Origin: Felis catus
Lineage: Eukaryota
Direction of reading: 5' to 3'
Assembly: GCF_018350175.1 (NCBI RefSeq)
Contig: NC_058368.1
Location: 120,964,001-121,028,000 of the forward strand
DNA: 64,000 nucleotides
Made by a program: the position numbers and the translations under genes. Positions within the stretch are counted from its first letter, which is position 1. Each line of letters begins with the position of its first letter. Positions 1-11,824 of this stretch are shown piece by piece. The notes beneath the pieces were generated by a model, which saw only the letters and a program-made list of their open reading frames with translations, was not told where the DNA came from and did no database searches.

Positions 1-1622
1 TGTCAAAGATGAGTTCTCCATATGTTTCTGGATCCATTTGTGGGTTCTCTGTTCTGTTCCATTGATCTATGTGTCTGTTTTTGTGCCAGTACCATATTGT
101 CTTAACCATTACTGCTTTGTAATACAGCCTGAAGTTCTGAAATGTGATGCCTCCAGCTTTGGAGGCATTTTCAACATTACTTTGGCTATTCAGGGTCTTT
201 TGTGCTTGCATCCAAATTCTAGAATTGTTTGTTCTAGCTCCGTGAAGAATACTGGTGTTATTTTGATAGGGATTGCACTGAATATGTAGACTGCCTTGAG
301 TAGTATTGACATTTCTTCAATTTCTTTCATAAGCTTTCTATAGTTTTCAGTGTATAAAAAAATCTTTTACCTATTTGGTTAGGTTTATTCCTGAGTATTT
401 AACAGTTTTTGGGTTCATTTGTAAATGGGATTAATTCCCTGATTTCTCTTTCTGCTGCTTCATTATTGGTGTATAGAAATGCAACCAGTTTCTGTACGTT
501 GATTTTTATATCCTGTGACTTTGCTAAATTCATGGATCAGTTCTAGAAGTTTTTTGATGGATACTTGGGTTTTCTATGTAGAGTATCATGTCATCTGCAA
601 AGAGTGAAAGTTTGACTTCTTCCTTGCCAGTTTCAATGCCTTGTATTTCTTTGTGTTGTCTGATTGCTGAGGCTAGGATTTCCAACTCTATGTTGAATAA
701 CGGTGGTCAGAGTAGACATCCTGTTGTGTTCCTGATCTTAAGGGGAAAGTTCTCAGTTTTTCCCATTGAGGATTATATTACCTGTGGGCTTTTCATAAAT
801 GGCTTTTATGATGTTTAGGTATGTTCCTTCTATGTTGACTTTCTTGAGGGTTTTTATTAAGAAAGGATGCTGTATTTTGTCAAGTGCTTTTTCTTCATCT
901 ATTGAGGATATCATGTAGTTCTTATCCTTTCTCTTCTTTTTTTTTTTTAATTTTTTTTTCAACGTTTATTTATTTTTGGGACAGAGAGAGACAGAGCATG
1001 AACGGGGGAGGGGCAGAGAGAGAGGGAGACACAGAATCGGAAACAGGCTCCAGGCTCTGAGCCATCAGCCCAGAGCCCGACGCGGGGCTCGAACTCACGG
1101 ACCGTGAGATCGTGACCTGGCTGAAGTCGGACGCTTAACCGACTGCGCCACCCAGGCGCCCCATATCCTTTCTCTTCTTAATGTGATGTATCACATGATT
1201 GATTTGAGGATATTGAACCAGCCCTGCAGCCCTGGAATAAATCCTACTTGATCATGGTGAATAATTCTTTCAAAGTATTGTTGGATCCAGTTGGCTAGTA
1301 TCTTGTTGAGGATTTTTGCATCCATGTTCCTCAGGGAAATGGTCTGTAGTTCTCCTGTTTAGTGCTATCTTTGTCTGGTTTTTGAATCAAGGTAATGCTG
1401 GCCTCATAGAATGAGTTTGGAAGTTTTCCTTCCATTTCTATTGTTTGGAACAGCTTCAAAAAAATAGGTTTTAACTCTTCTGTAAATGTTGGCAGAATTC
1501 CCCTGGACTTCCCCTTGCCATTAAGCCCTGGACTCTTGTTTGTTGGGAGAGTTTTCACTACTGATTCAGTTTCTTTACTGGTTATGTGTCTGTTCAAATT
1601 TTCTATTTCTTCCTGTTTCAGT
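1..1622 (-). mobile_element. L1 (carnivore-type) ORF2 segment, RT region and upstream linker, degenerate; interrupted by a SINE; continues beyond the window start
   Basis: Minus-strand peptides [76 protein letters not shown] are typical L1 ORF2p. Confidence 0.95.
939..1162 (-). mobile_element. Young Can-SINE (SINEC_Fc-like) inserted in L1
   Basis: GGGGCGCCTGGGTGGCGCAGTCGGTTAAGCGTCCG head, (CT)n, A-tail; 16-bp TSD tatcctttctcttctt at 923-938 and 1164-1179. Confidence 0.97.
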
Positions 1623-1879
1623 TGTTCTCCCCCTTTATCTTTCTCTCTGTGTCCTCTCTCTGCAAAAAATGGCTCCCCACCCTCCACAGCTTTTCTCTCC
1701 CCCAATTCACCTCTCTGCACTGTGTACCTGCCAAGTTCTGTGGCTCAAGTAATGCAGATTGTCGTGTTAATCCTCATCAATTTCTTACATGTTCAAAATG
1801 GTTTGGCGCTGATCTAGCTACTTTGCAGGGACGAGACAAGCTGAAGGTCCCCATACTGCTCTGCCATCTTCACTCCTCC
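1623..1879 (-). mobile_element. L1 5'-UTR terminus (~260 bp) joined directly to ORF2
   Basis: Minus strand starts GGAGGAGTGAAGATGGCAGAGCAGTATGGGGACC, matching the L1 5' end with the YY1-type AAGATGGC motif. Confidence 0.8.
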
Positions 1880-2599
1880 ACTGGTGATCATTTCTAAGTG
1901 TTAACAATTGGCATTGTATAAGAGGAAGGGGCAGGGCTCTGAGGCCTGTATTTACCCAAGGGTTATAGAGTGTGGCTTCTTCCAATGGGATGAAGTAGCA
2001 CATGAAATTCAGGAGCTACCATTATAACCATTCTCCAAAGACCCAGCATCTCTGTTCCTACTTAGCTAGGCCTTAGTGGCTTCTAATATCTTTTGCCTTG
2101 GCATTTCCCTTATTAGGGATGTTTGATGTTATTGTAAAATACTGCTATTAAATTAGTTTTGAAAATGTTTAGATCTCAATTGTCAGGGAGTGATCTCCCT
2201 GTTTGCAGGTATCCTGGAACTATAGAGCCTAGGGAATATTTTTCTATGTTCTATTTCTTTTTGTGTATTCAAGAGGAAAATTGCTTCTATATATTTTCAT
2301 TGAAGGGTTAGATTACACATAAATGTGTACAGAAAAAATGCTTTGAGTTTTAGACCTTACACTTTACATAACCAGTTTGGAAGAGTAATATTGGTGATAA
2401 TGTCAAGTGCTTGCATTTATGCCACTCACTCACTGACAAGTATTTACTAAATGTATATTATATGCTAGGCAATATTCTATATGCTGAAGATACATCAGTA
2501 AAATCCCCTGTCCTGTGAATATACTTTAAGGGGAGAGACAGTATATGTCATGGCAATGACTGTGGTCTTGAGTGTTTTTGAGATGTCTTGACATACTGC

Positions 2600-2750
2600 C
2601 TTATTAATACACACCCTGCAAGCCTGTAGGATAATGAAGGGAAACTATTATTACCCAAATTTGTAAATATGAAATCAAAGATCAGATAGGTTATAGGACT
2701 TATCCAAGGTCACGTGGCTCATGTAAGGGACAGATGGCAGGACCTAATAC
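2600..2750 (-). mobile_element. MIR fragment
   Basis: Degenerate MIR core in reverse (..ggacttatccaaggtcacgtggc..). Confidence 0.55.
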
Positions 2751-3004
2751 ATGCTACACCTGGGAGTAAGTCAGGCACAGAGCCACAGATTGAGTTACCT
2801 ACTAATAATTCCTTGGAAGAGACTTAACTGTGCGATAATATTCCATAGGCTGCAGGGGGTCTGCAGGGAAGAGTGCTGGACTCAGAATCTTCTGGATAAA
2901 ACCCCTAATGGGAACTGGGTGGATAACAGGAAAGGAATAGTTGTGCTAATACTTTTGTATTCACGTTCATTGACAAAATACGTCTATAGTCACTTCTTTC
3001 ACTT

Positions 3005-3135
3005 ATCTCCATGATCATGTGAGATAAGCAGAATTGTGGGCTTTTCTCCATTTCTCATATCTGTGAAAACTGAATCTCAGAGAAGTTAAGTGACTTGGCT
3101 AAGACTACATGGTTAACCAATGGCAGAATATGTCA
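3005..3135 (-). mobile_element. MIR fragment
   Basis: gaaaactgaatctcagagaagttaagtgacttggctaag, reverse MIR core. Confidence 0.7.
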
Positions 3136-3729
3136 TGACAGAGAAGTGCCAAAGCCATATTTTCTGTGTACATTTTCTCTTTGAAAATTCATCAGACTTT
3201 AGACTGTAGTACTCACAGGAATAAGATAATCCTAGGTATGTTATTTATAAACTCTGTGTGTGTTGGTCTAAAATAGTAGCAGTGGTCCCTTGTTGCAATG
3301 TCAGGTGCATTTCCTAAAACAGGCAGGCACACCACCTATACCCTCCCCATGGACTCAGCCTGGTTATTTGGGGAATACAATGTCTTTTCATTCATCCACT
3401 TCTTTCAGGAGGACTTGCAAGCTGAAATTTATTGGGAGCCTGGCTTCCCTTATCTGAGCTAAGAAAGAGAAGAATAGGTTACAAGATAAATGCAAGGTAA
3501 TCTTTACAAGTAATGGGATATTATTGATAGAGTCTACTCAGACTCAAGGCAGAATTTTGAAGTGGAGAATAATGGTCTTGTGGGTTCTTCCTTGTCCTTT
3601 TTACATACCAACTTAAAACATAATTTTTGGAATAGACAAGGTATACACAAAGGCTGTAAATGTGAAAGGTACAAAAGATTAGACAGTAAAATCAGAGACT
3701 TTTATTAGTAGAATATTGATTTTAGATCT

Positions 3730-4203
3730 TTAAAAAAATTTTTAGTTGACACACAACAGTGCATTCATTTTAAGTGTACAACATAGTGATTCAGCAGCTC
3801 TATATGTTATGCTTATTACAAGTATATCTACAGTCTGTCACCATACAGCACTATTCCCTGTGCTTTATCTTTTATTCCTGTGAGTTACTTATTTTGTAAT
3901 TGGAGGCCTGTATGTCCCATTCCCCTTCACCCATTTTGCTCATCTGCCTACTTCCCTCCTCTCTGACAACCATCATTTTGCTGTCTATAATTAGAGGTCT
4001 GATTGTGTTTTTTGTTTATTCATTTATTTTGTTTTTTAGATTCCACATGAGTGTAATTATATGGTGTTTTACTCAGTCTGGCTTATTTCACTTACCATAA
4101 TACCTCCTAGGTCCACCCATGTTGTTAGAAATGGCATGATCTCATCCTTTTTTATGGCTGTGTAATATCGCATTGTATACAATGAATTTTTTGTATACAC
4201 ACA

Positions 4204-4263
<60 letters not shown>

Positions 4264-4570
4264 TGTGTGTGTACAGGTACTTTGTGTGTATACACACATA
4301 ATCTTCTTTACCTGTTGGTGACTTTTAAGCTGCTTCCATATCTTGATCATTATAAATAATGTAGCAATAAACATCAATTGAGCAATGCTCAATCAATGTG
4401 CATTTATCTTATCAAATTAGTGTTTTCATTTTGTTTGGATAAATAACAAGTATTAGAATTCCTAGATCATGATACCTCTATTTTTAATTTCTTGGGGGAA
4501 CCCTCCATAGTGTTTTACACTGAGGCTGCACCAATTTACATTCCCACCAACAGTGCCGGAGAGTTCTTTT
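3730..4570 (-). mobile_element. Older L1 3' end (L1MA/L1_Carn-like) containing a microsatellite
   Basis: YYTAIKKDEIMPFLTTWVDLGGIMVSEISQTE (ORF2 C-terminus) followed by L1 3'-UTR-like sequence. Confidence 0.9.
4194..4300. repeat. Compound (CA)/(TG)/(TA)17 microsatellite
   Basis: Read directly from the sequence. Confidence 0.95.
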
Positions 4571-4899
4571 TTCTTAAAATAGGAGACTTTTTCTGATCCC
4601 CTTCCCCAGTCACCCAGTTCCCCTTGCCATAGGCAATATGTGCCTTTTCTCCACAATTTTGGAATCACCCTTTCTGCTCCATTTCTTTCAGTTTGTTCAC
4701 TAACTGTTCATGAAACCCAACTGTCTTCAAAGAGAAAAACTCATCCATCCATCCTAATCAGATAAAACAACTGATGTTAGGGTTTTAGTGGCTGATTATG
4801 TGGTATGCTTTGCACCTAGTGCTATAATTAATAGGGGTTTTCAATTCAAAGCATTTATTTAATGTACTAATTTTGAAAAACATTATAAAAGTCATTTTT

Positions 4900-5104
4900 T
4901 TAACATTTATTTATTTTTGAGACAGAGAGAGACAGAGCATGAACGGGGGAGGGTCAGAGAGAGAGGAAGACACAGAATCCGAAACAGGCTCCTGGCTCCA
5001 AGCCGTCAGCACAGAGCCCGACGCGGGGCTTGAATTCATGGACCATGAGATCATGACCTGAGCCGAAGTCAGATGCTTAACCGACTGAGCCACCCAGGTG
5101 CCCC
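4900..5104 (-). mobile_element. Can-SINE
   Basis: Full SINEC structure; 14-bp TSD taaaagtcattttt at 4886-4899 and 5105-5118. Confidence 0.96.
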
Positions 5105-5164
5105 TAAAAGTCATTTTTAAAGGGTGAAGCTAGATAACTTTATATCCTTCTTGAGAAAGCAGTA

Positions 5165-5310
5165 TAGAATTCATTAACCTAGGCTTTATTTTCCTCATCT
5201 ATTAAATGGGAATGCTAATATAATATAGCAATGTTTATCCCATAAAATTTTTATGAGGATCAAGTTTAGATAATTAAAGAACTTAGCAAAGTACCTGGAA
5301 CATATTAAGT
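5165..5310 (+). mobile_element. MIR fragment
   Basis: ttcctcatctattaaatggg...cttagcaaagtacctggaacata. Confidence 0.7.
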
Positions 5311-6629
5311 CTCCGTGATCATCATTGTAATTATCATCATATAGTTGGTGTCTAGATGTGTCTATCAAATGGTTTCACTTGGCTCCTGTGTTCCTAGAAG
5401 CAGGCACAGTCTTCACATCATTGGTCAGGGCCCAGCATTCATCAGTTGTCCTTAAGGAAAAAAAAACACAAGTAGTGATGAAATGTCAAGATGTCCCTTG
5501 AAAGTAGACAGGAGTTGAATAGACACGACTTTGGGCTAGAAGACAAATGTAGATATGTACATCAGACTGTTTACACTCCTCTCTTCACAAAGTGTGACCG
5601 TTTCCACTGTAGAATCACATCTTGATACTTACTTGAAAAAGACTTCAAACCCAACCACAGTCCTATTCTCACAGAGCTCCTGGGCCAAGGGAGCAGGTGT
5701 TAGGAGCTATTTCTGAGCTCCACTGTCTGTGTGAGCAGCCACTTGGAGCCAAGGCCATCAAGGCCTGACTGACCTAGCAGTTCTGGTAGATAAGATTGCA
5801 CTGATTTTTACTTTTCTGATACCAGAAAAAAACTCCAGCCAGTATGGGCAAAGGAAACGTTCAAGGCACCTTCCTTGCTCCTTTTCTGGTTTTCTCTTGA
5901 CTTTCTGTATGTGCTATAAGCAGTATTAGACTAAAACATTCTTTTTCTTACTTTCTGAGAAGGAATTCTAATTATTCTGCAACCCTTGTACCTGGGGGCT
6001 GAGGTGGAGGGTTTTACTGCTTTTTAATATCACTTTAATTGAGAAGCCATATCATGATTTAAATTATGGTTCTCATGTCTTCCATTTCCATTTTCAGCCC
6101 ATAAAACGCTCAGTTAATAGCCAGAGATCATAGGTCTTCCTGAAAGAACAGGAGGAGCTGGCTTTGATAAAGGGGTGATTTCTCCAAGTTGAGGTGATCA
6201 TTCAAAATCTCATTACAAATATATTTTTTTGAAAATACTTCATATGTCCTAAGAAAGAATATTTAATAAAGAAGACATACCTCTTCATGGGGGGAGTACG
6301 TATGGGTAGGTTATGAGTGAAGCAGGAGAGGTTAATACACGTGTGCTTAATAGCAGATTGCCTGATGATCTTACAGAGAATGTATATTTTGGGTAATTAG
6401 ACACTCTGTATAAGACACAATGTGCAAATGGCTTCCAAGACATGTAAGATGTGTCCAAAAAATTTTCAAAAGGAAAACATTACCTTCACCACAACACATC
6501 TGGTAGGATGGTTTTACTGCCTCACAGATCCGCAGAATTGGGTAAATCATTAACATTAGATGATGGCACATTTTTGTCATTTGTTCATCTAGGACCCATT
6601 TTCATTTAGTTAGCTATTTAAAAATAGAT

Positions 6630-7000
6630 GTTAAGGCCCTAAGGTGGGAGCCTGCTTTACACAAACAGGAAATTGCAAAATGGCCAGTGTGGCTGGAAGA
6701 TTATTAGAAGATGAAGTTAGAGAAGTAGCCTGGTGCCATGCCTGTGCAGGACAAGGGTTTAATTCTATGTGAGATGAGAAGCCATTGGTGGGCGGGAGGG
6801 AGGAGGTGATTACAGGATTTGGTATGAATTATGTTTTCAAATGACCACTGTCGTCGTTACTTTGGCAAGAAGCTTAGCATGGGTAAGAGTTGGTTCAGGG
6901 CTGACATAAGGAGAGCAGTTAATATGCTGTTCAGATTCAAATGAGAGATGGTACCCATGTTTGATGTGAGGAGGTTGTGTTGGGAGTCAGGAATGGTGAA
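6630..7000 (-). mobile_element. L2 fragment
   Basis: aaggccctaaggtgggag..ggccagtgtggctggaa..gagaagccattgg, typical reverse L2. Confidence 0.6.
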
Positions 7001-7399
7001 TGGGTCTCAAAACTACATTGTGTTTTAAGGTTCACTGAGTTGTTGGCAGGATGGGGAGAAGTCAAGGTTTCTATAGTCCTTTTAATTTTGTAATCTGTAT
7101 ATGGTCTTCATGGTAACTGTATTTAAAGTATTTGAGTAACCACAGGTTTCATTTCCCGACAATATCAGAGACTGATAGTGTTTCTCAGAAATTTTTTCCT
7201 TCATTGCACTAACTGGTTCATTCTAAAGGTTTGCTTATTCAACCAAGAGAATTACAGTTACTTACATTAGGTTTTCTGCACACCATCAATTCCAATAATT
7301 CTGATTAAAGAAACAAAAGACTGGGCTGTTGTTGGAATTTTTTAAATGACTTTTTCCATCCTTGAGGAAGACTAAGAGTTCCATTAAAAAAAAGTATCA

Positions 7400-8075
7400 C
7401 ATGCTGTGATCTCTTGTGACTCAATTTTTAATTCACTACTTTATTTTTAAGGTTCACCCATAATGACATATACACCTAGAGTTCATTTTCATTGCTGTAT
7501 AACAATTTATTCATTTTCCTGGCAATGGTCATTTGAGTTGTATGCAGATTTTTGCTGTTAAAAACAATGCCGCTGTGATCATCTTTGTACATGCCTTCTG
7601 ATGCATGTGGGCAAGAGTTTCTGAATGAATATGACTGGTGGTATAATTGCTAAGTCCTCGAATTTATTAAATAGTTCATCTTTAAAAGTATTCCCAAATT
7701 ATTTTTCAAAAGCAGTTGTATTGCTGACTATTGTCAGCAGTGTTTAAGAGATAAACACGTGTCACACTTGATTTTGTCAATATTATCGACCTTTGCCCAT
7801 CTATTGGGAATAAAATACTACTTTTTTATGGATTTCTTGGTTACTAATGAGGTTGATTATTGTATATTCACACAACATTTTATTTCTTCTTTTATGGAGT
7901 GCCAGTTAGTAAGTTTTGCCCATCTTTCTAGTGTGCTATTTTTTATCATTAATTTGGAGGAGCTCTTTAAATATAATGACTAGTCATTTTTGTAGCAAAC
8001 ACTTATTCTCAGTTTGTAGTTTGATTTTCACATTCTTTTGTCTTTTGAGTAAGAGAATTTAATTTTAATGTAACC
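7400..8075 (-). mobile_element. Ancient L1M fragment (3' ORF2)
   Basis: Degenerate L1-like T-rich sequence (ttactaatgaggttga.., tttgcccatctttc..). Confidence 0.7.
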
Positions 8076-8084
8076 AGGTTTATA

Positions 8085-8402
8085 CCTTTTTTTTAGTTTA
8101 TTTAAAATCAAGTTAACATACAGTATGGTATTGGTTTCAGAAGTAGAACTCAATGATTCATCTCTTACATATGACACCCAGTGCTCATCCCAACAAGTGC
8201 CCTCCTTAATGCCCTTCACCCATTTGGCCCATCCCCCCATACCCACCTCTCCTCCAGCAATGCTCAGTTTGTTCTCTGTAATTAAGAGTATCTTGCAGTG
8301 TGCATCCCTTTTTGTCTTATTTTTCCTTCCCTTCCCCTGTGTTCATTGTTGTGTTTCTTAAATTCCACCTATAAGTGAAATATATTTATCTTTCTCTGAC
8401 TG
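8085..8402 (-). mobile_element. 5'-truncated carnivore L1 3'-UTR
   Basis: Matches the L1 3'-UTR at 39300-39545 (gggatgagcactgggtg..gatgaatca); poly-T at the left end. Confidence 0.9.
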
Positions 8403-8685
8403 CCTTTAGATGCTACCTCTTCCTAATTTGCACTAGGGCCCGATACAGACTGGTGAAAACTGTGTCCCTAGGCCACCCAAAAACTGCTTTTAAAGGGGAA
8501 GGCACAATGATGGCCATCCATCTACTGACTTCCAGTTCATGGCTTCAAGTAATGTAAGGCGAAAATTCTCACAGCAAACGGATTTATTGACATCTCATAA
8601 TTTAGTGACTCACATAGCCCCTTCCAGGGATCTCTACGGCACTCTCTGAAGGAGTGCTTTGTGAACAGAAAGAATGGAAGTGTGT

Positions 8686-8737
8686 GGGGCTCAGGAGTGG
8701 CTGAGCTGGTTGAGTGTCTGACTTCAGCTCAGGTTAT
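8686..8737 (+). mobile_element. Can-SINE head only (3'-truncated)
   Basis: ggggctcaggagtggctgagctggttgagtgtctgacttcagctcaggttat resembles the first ~50 nt of SINEC. Confidence 0.75.
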
Positions 8738-9240
8738 TTTGATGAGGTCCCAATAGTTAATTTTTGCTTTTGTTTCCCTTGCCTCTGGAGATGTGTTGAG
8801 TAAGAAGTTGCTGCGGCCGAGGTCAAAGAGGTTTTTGCCTTCTTTCTCCTCTCGGATTTTGGTGGCTCCCTGTCTGACATTTACATCTTTCATCCATTTT
8901 GAGTTTATTTTTGTGTATGATGTAAGAAAGTGGTCCAGTTTTCCCAGCACCATTTGCTGAAGAGATTCAGCTGGAATGCTGAATCTATTCCATTGGATAT
9001 TCTTTCCTGCTTTGTCAAAGATTAGTTGGCCATACACTTGTGGGCCCATTTCTGGGTTCTCTATTCTGTTCCATTGATCTGAGTGTCTGTTTTTGTGCCA
9101 GTATGTTATTCTAAATTCTTATTCAGATATATTGTTAACCTGTTTTGAGCAATTCTCTGTGATCTCTTCTTTACCTTTATTTTGGGGAGAATTCTTCTGC
9201 CTTGTGATTTTGGCTAAGTTTCTGTCCTGTGTGTGTGTGT

Positions 9241-9425
9241 TTAACGTTTATTCATTTTTTGAGAGAGAGAGGAGAGGGGAGAGTGTCAGAGAGAGAGAAT
9301 CTGAAGCAGGCTCCAGGCTCTGAGCTATCAGCAGAGAACCCAACACAGGGCTCCAACTCATGAACCATGAGGTCATGACCTGAGCCCAAGTCGGACCCTT
9401 AACCAACTGAGCCATCCAGGCTCCC
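9241..9425 (-). mobile_element. Can-SINE inserted in the L1 5'-UTR
   Basis: SINEC body in reverse; degenerate tgtgtgttt flanks. Confidence 0.93.
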
Positions 9426-9819
9426 ATCTTTTGTGTGTTTTAAAAGCTTGTTATGTGCCCTACACCTGAAAGTACTACTATATTAAAAAGGGGTCATACA
9501 CTGTGCAGGGGCACGGCACCCCAGGAAGTGTTTGGTGTATGTTGTATACACTCTACTGTTGCATTTTGGCTGTTCCTATCCCACTGGTCAATCCTCTGCA
9601 GAGCTCCTCCTTGCTTACGGTGGTGGAGTGTTTCGATCATCGACTAGGTATGAGCCCTGGAAAAAAAAAGAGGGGGCCTGATCCCACAAAAAGAGAAAAA
9701 GGAAAGGGGAGAAAAGAAAACCAGAGAATCAAAAAACTGTAAGCCTAATTCCAGAGAAAGAGAAAGGAAAATAAAGAATAAAAGATGGAGAAAGTATAGA
9801 ATAAAAATTACTGATCAAA

Positions 9820-9895
9820 ATATATATGTGTGTGTGTGTGTATATACATATACACACATCTATATGTATATATACACACATATATAGGTGTGTAT
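9820..9895. repeat. (TA)/(TG)/(CA) low-complexity tract within the L1 5'-UTR
   Basis: Read directly from the sequence. Confidence 0.85.
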
Positions 9896-11011
9896 GAATT
9901 ATAAAAAATCAGAAACTATGAGCCTGATTCCAAAAGAAAACAAGAGGAGGGAGGAAAGAAAAAAAAAAGAATTGTCTGTTGTTGCCTGGGGTTGGTGGCT
10001 GTGCTGGTTTGGAGGACAGTCTGGCTGCGGTAGGTCAGTCAGTCTTCCTCCAATAGAGAAGTAGTTACCAGGCATAGAGGGGCGGGGTTTGGTGTAAGTA
10101 GGTCCCGCCTCCATTGGGAACCACTGTGCTGCTCTCTGAAGTCCCACCATGTTGGTATTGGGGGAAATGGCACCAGCCCAATCTCTCCTCCTTGGACTGG
10201 GGATCTCAACCCACACTATTCAGGCAGTCTTCACAGAATAGCCAGGGTGGTCAGCTTGCCCTGAATCCCAATTCTCCCAAGACTTCCCCTTGGTGCTCAG
10301 CTGGGATTCAAAATCAGGTGTCTTAAAGGACCTGGCACCATGTAGTTTTAGCTCAGGAGTTTTAGCTCCTGAGGCTATTTGCAAAAAAGAACTGACACTC
10401 TCTGTACTTCTTGTTCCCCAGTCTATGGTCCAGAAAGTTTTTCTTCTTGTACTAACTCAATGCTGTATTTCATACCCCTCTCTCTCTCTCTTTTTTGTCT
10501 CTGCACAGAAACGGTTCCCTCCCCTCCATGCCTATGCTATTTTATCTCCCCCAATTCACATGCACATACCTCAATCTTGCAAAGCTGTCTCCCTCCAACT
10601 GTGGAGATCCTTCTGCCACTCTGCCGATCGATTTCCTAGGTGTTCGGAGTGATCTGACCTCAATACAGCTGTGTTTGAGGGCTGAGGAAAATACCCACCC
10701 CCCCCCCTACTTCTCCTCCATCTTAACTCCTCACTCTCCTACAACTATTTTTAAATGGTGACTAGTAGGAAAAAATCACACCCAGAAAGCTACTTGGTCC
10801 CCATAGACACGATCTCTCATGTTTATACAGCACTTGATCATTCACAAACCCCAATCACAAACCCTCCTTTGAGATTCTACCTTCTCAGGAATAAACAAGA
10901 CTGAATATATTCATTTTATAAATGGTTATACAGGATGTAACCACTTTGAAAATTGGGAAATATTCTCCATATGTTTAGGAACCTACCTGTAGACAAAAGT
11001 TGATAGGTAGT

Positions 11012-11636
11012 TGTGGCAAGCAAAAATTCTAAGATACTTCCTAACCCAGGATTCCTACTACCTGGTGAGCATATCCTCTATAATCCCCTCCCCTTAAGTG
11101 TGAGTGAGCTCATAAATATGATAGGATATAATGCCATTATTGCATTACATTATGTGGCATTTTTTTTTTCAGATGGAATTAAGTAATCAAAAAGGAATTT
11201 ATTCTGGGTGGGCTTGACCTAATCAGGTGAGATTTATAAAGCTGTCTGAGAAATTCAAAGTGAGAGAGAAATTCTGCTTCTGGCCATTAAAAGGAAAACT
11301 GCCATGCTGATGAGAGGAGGGCCATGTGGCAAGGTATGACTGGTGTCCTCTAGGAGCTGAGATCAGCTCCCATTTGGCATCTTTCAAGAAAGCAGGGAAC
11401 TCATTCCTATATCACAAGAAAATAAATTCTGTCAGGAACCTGATGTAAAGTGGATCCCCCAGGTGAGGACACAGCTGATCAAGACCTAGATTTCATCCCT
11501 GTAAGACCCTGAGCAGATGACCAGCTAACCCATGTCTGGAATCCTGATTCACAGACACGTTGAGGTAATAAATGTGTACTCTTTCCATCCACCAAGTATG
11601 TGGTAATCTGTTATACAACAACAAAATACCAATACA
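11012..11636 (+). mobile_element. ERVL-MaLR solo LTR (MLT1E/F-like)
   Basis: TG..CA termini; ctgggtgggcttgacctaatcaggtgag; aataaatgtg..tgtggtaatctgttatacaacaacaaaataccaataca end. Confidence 0.8.
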
Positions 11637-11824
11637 CCGGTGCCTGGTTACTTCCAACTTCTGCTCAGGTGACAATCTCACAGCTTGTGAGTTCGAGCCC
11701 CATGTTGGGCTCTTGGCTCACAGCTCAGAGCCTGGAGCTGCGTCGGATTCTGTGTCTCCCTCTCTCTCTCTGCCCCTCCTCCACTTGCACTCTGTCTCTC
11801 TCTCAAAAATAAGCATTAAAGAAA
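11637..11824 (+). mobile_element. Can-SINE with internal deletion in the A-box region
   Basis: SINEC body; TSD accaataca at 11628-11636 and 11825-11833. Confidence 0.92.

Larger units (their letters stand above)
8734..10735 (-). mobile_element. Carnivore L1 with 5'-UTR and ORF1 start fused to late ORF2; 3' end missing; interrupted by a SINE
   Basis: 5' end GAGGAGTTAAGATGGAGGAGAAGTAGG; ORF1-like ITRQKNSPQNK..EFRIT; ORF2-like YWHKNRH..GQLIFDKAGKNIQW..YTKINSKWMKD..AKINYWDLIK. Confidence 0.88.

Noticed and set aside
1331..1720. 129-aa L1-derived ORF as a functional protein
   Set aside because: Chimeric UTR/ORF2 remnant with frameshift-scrambled stretch and a non-ATG start
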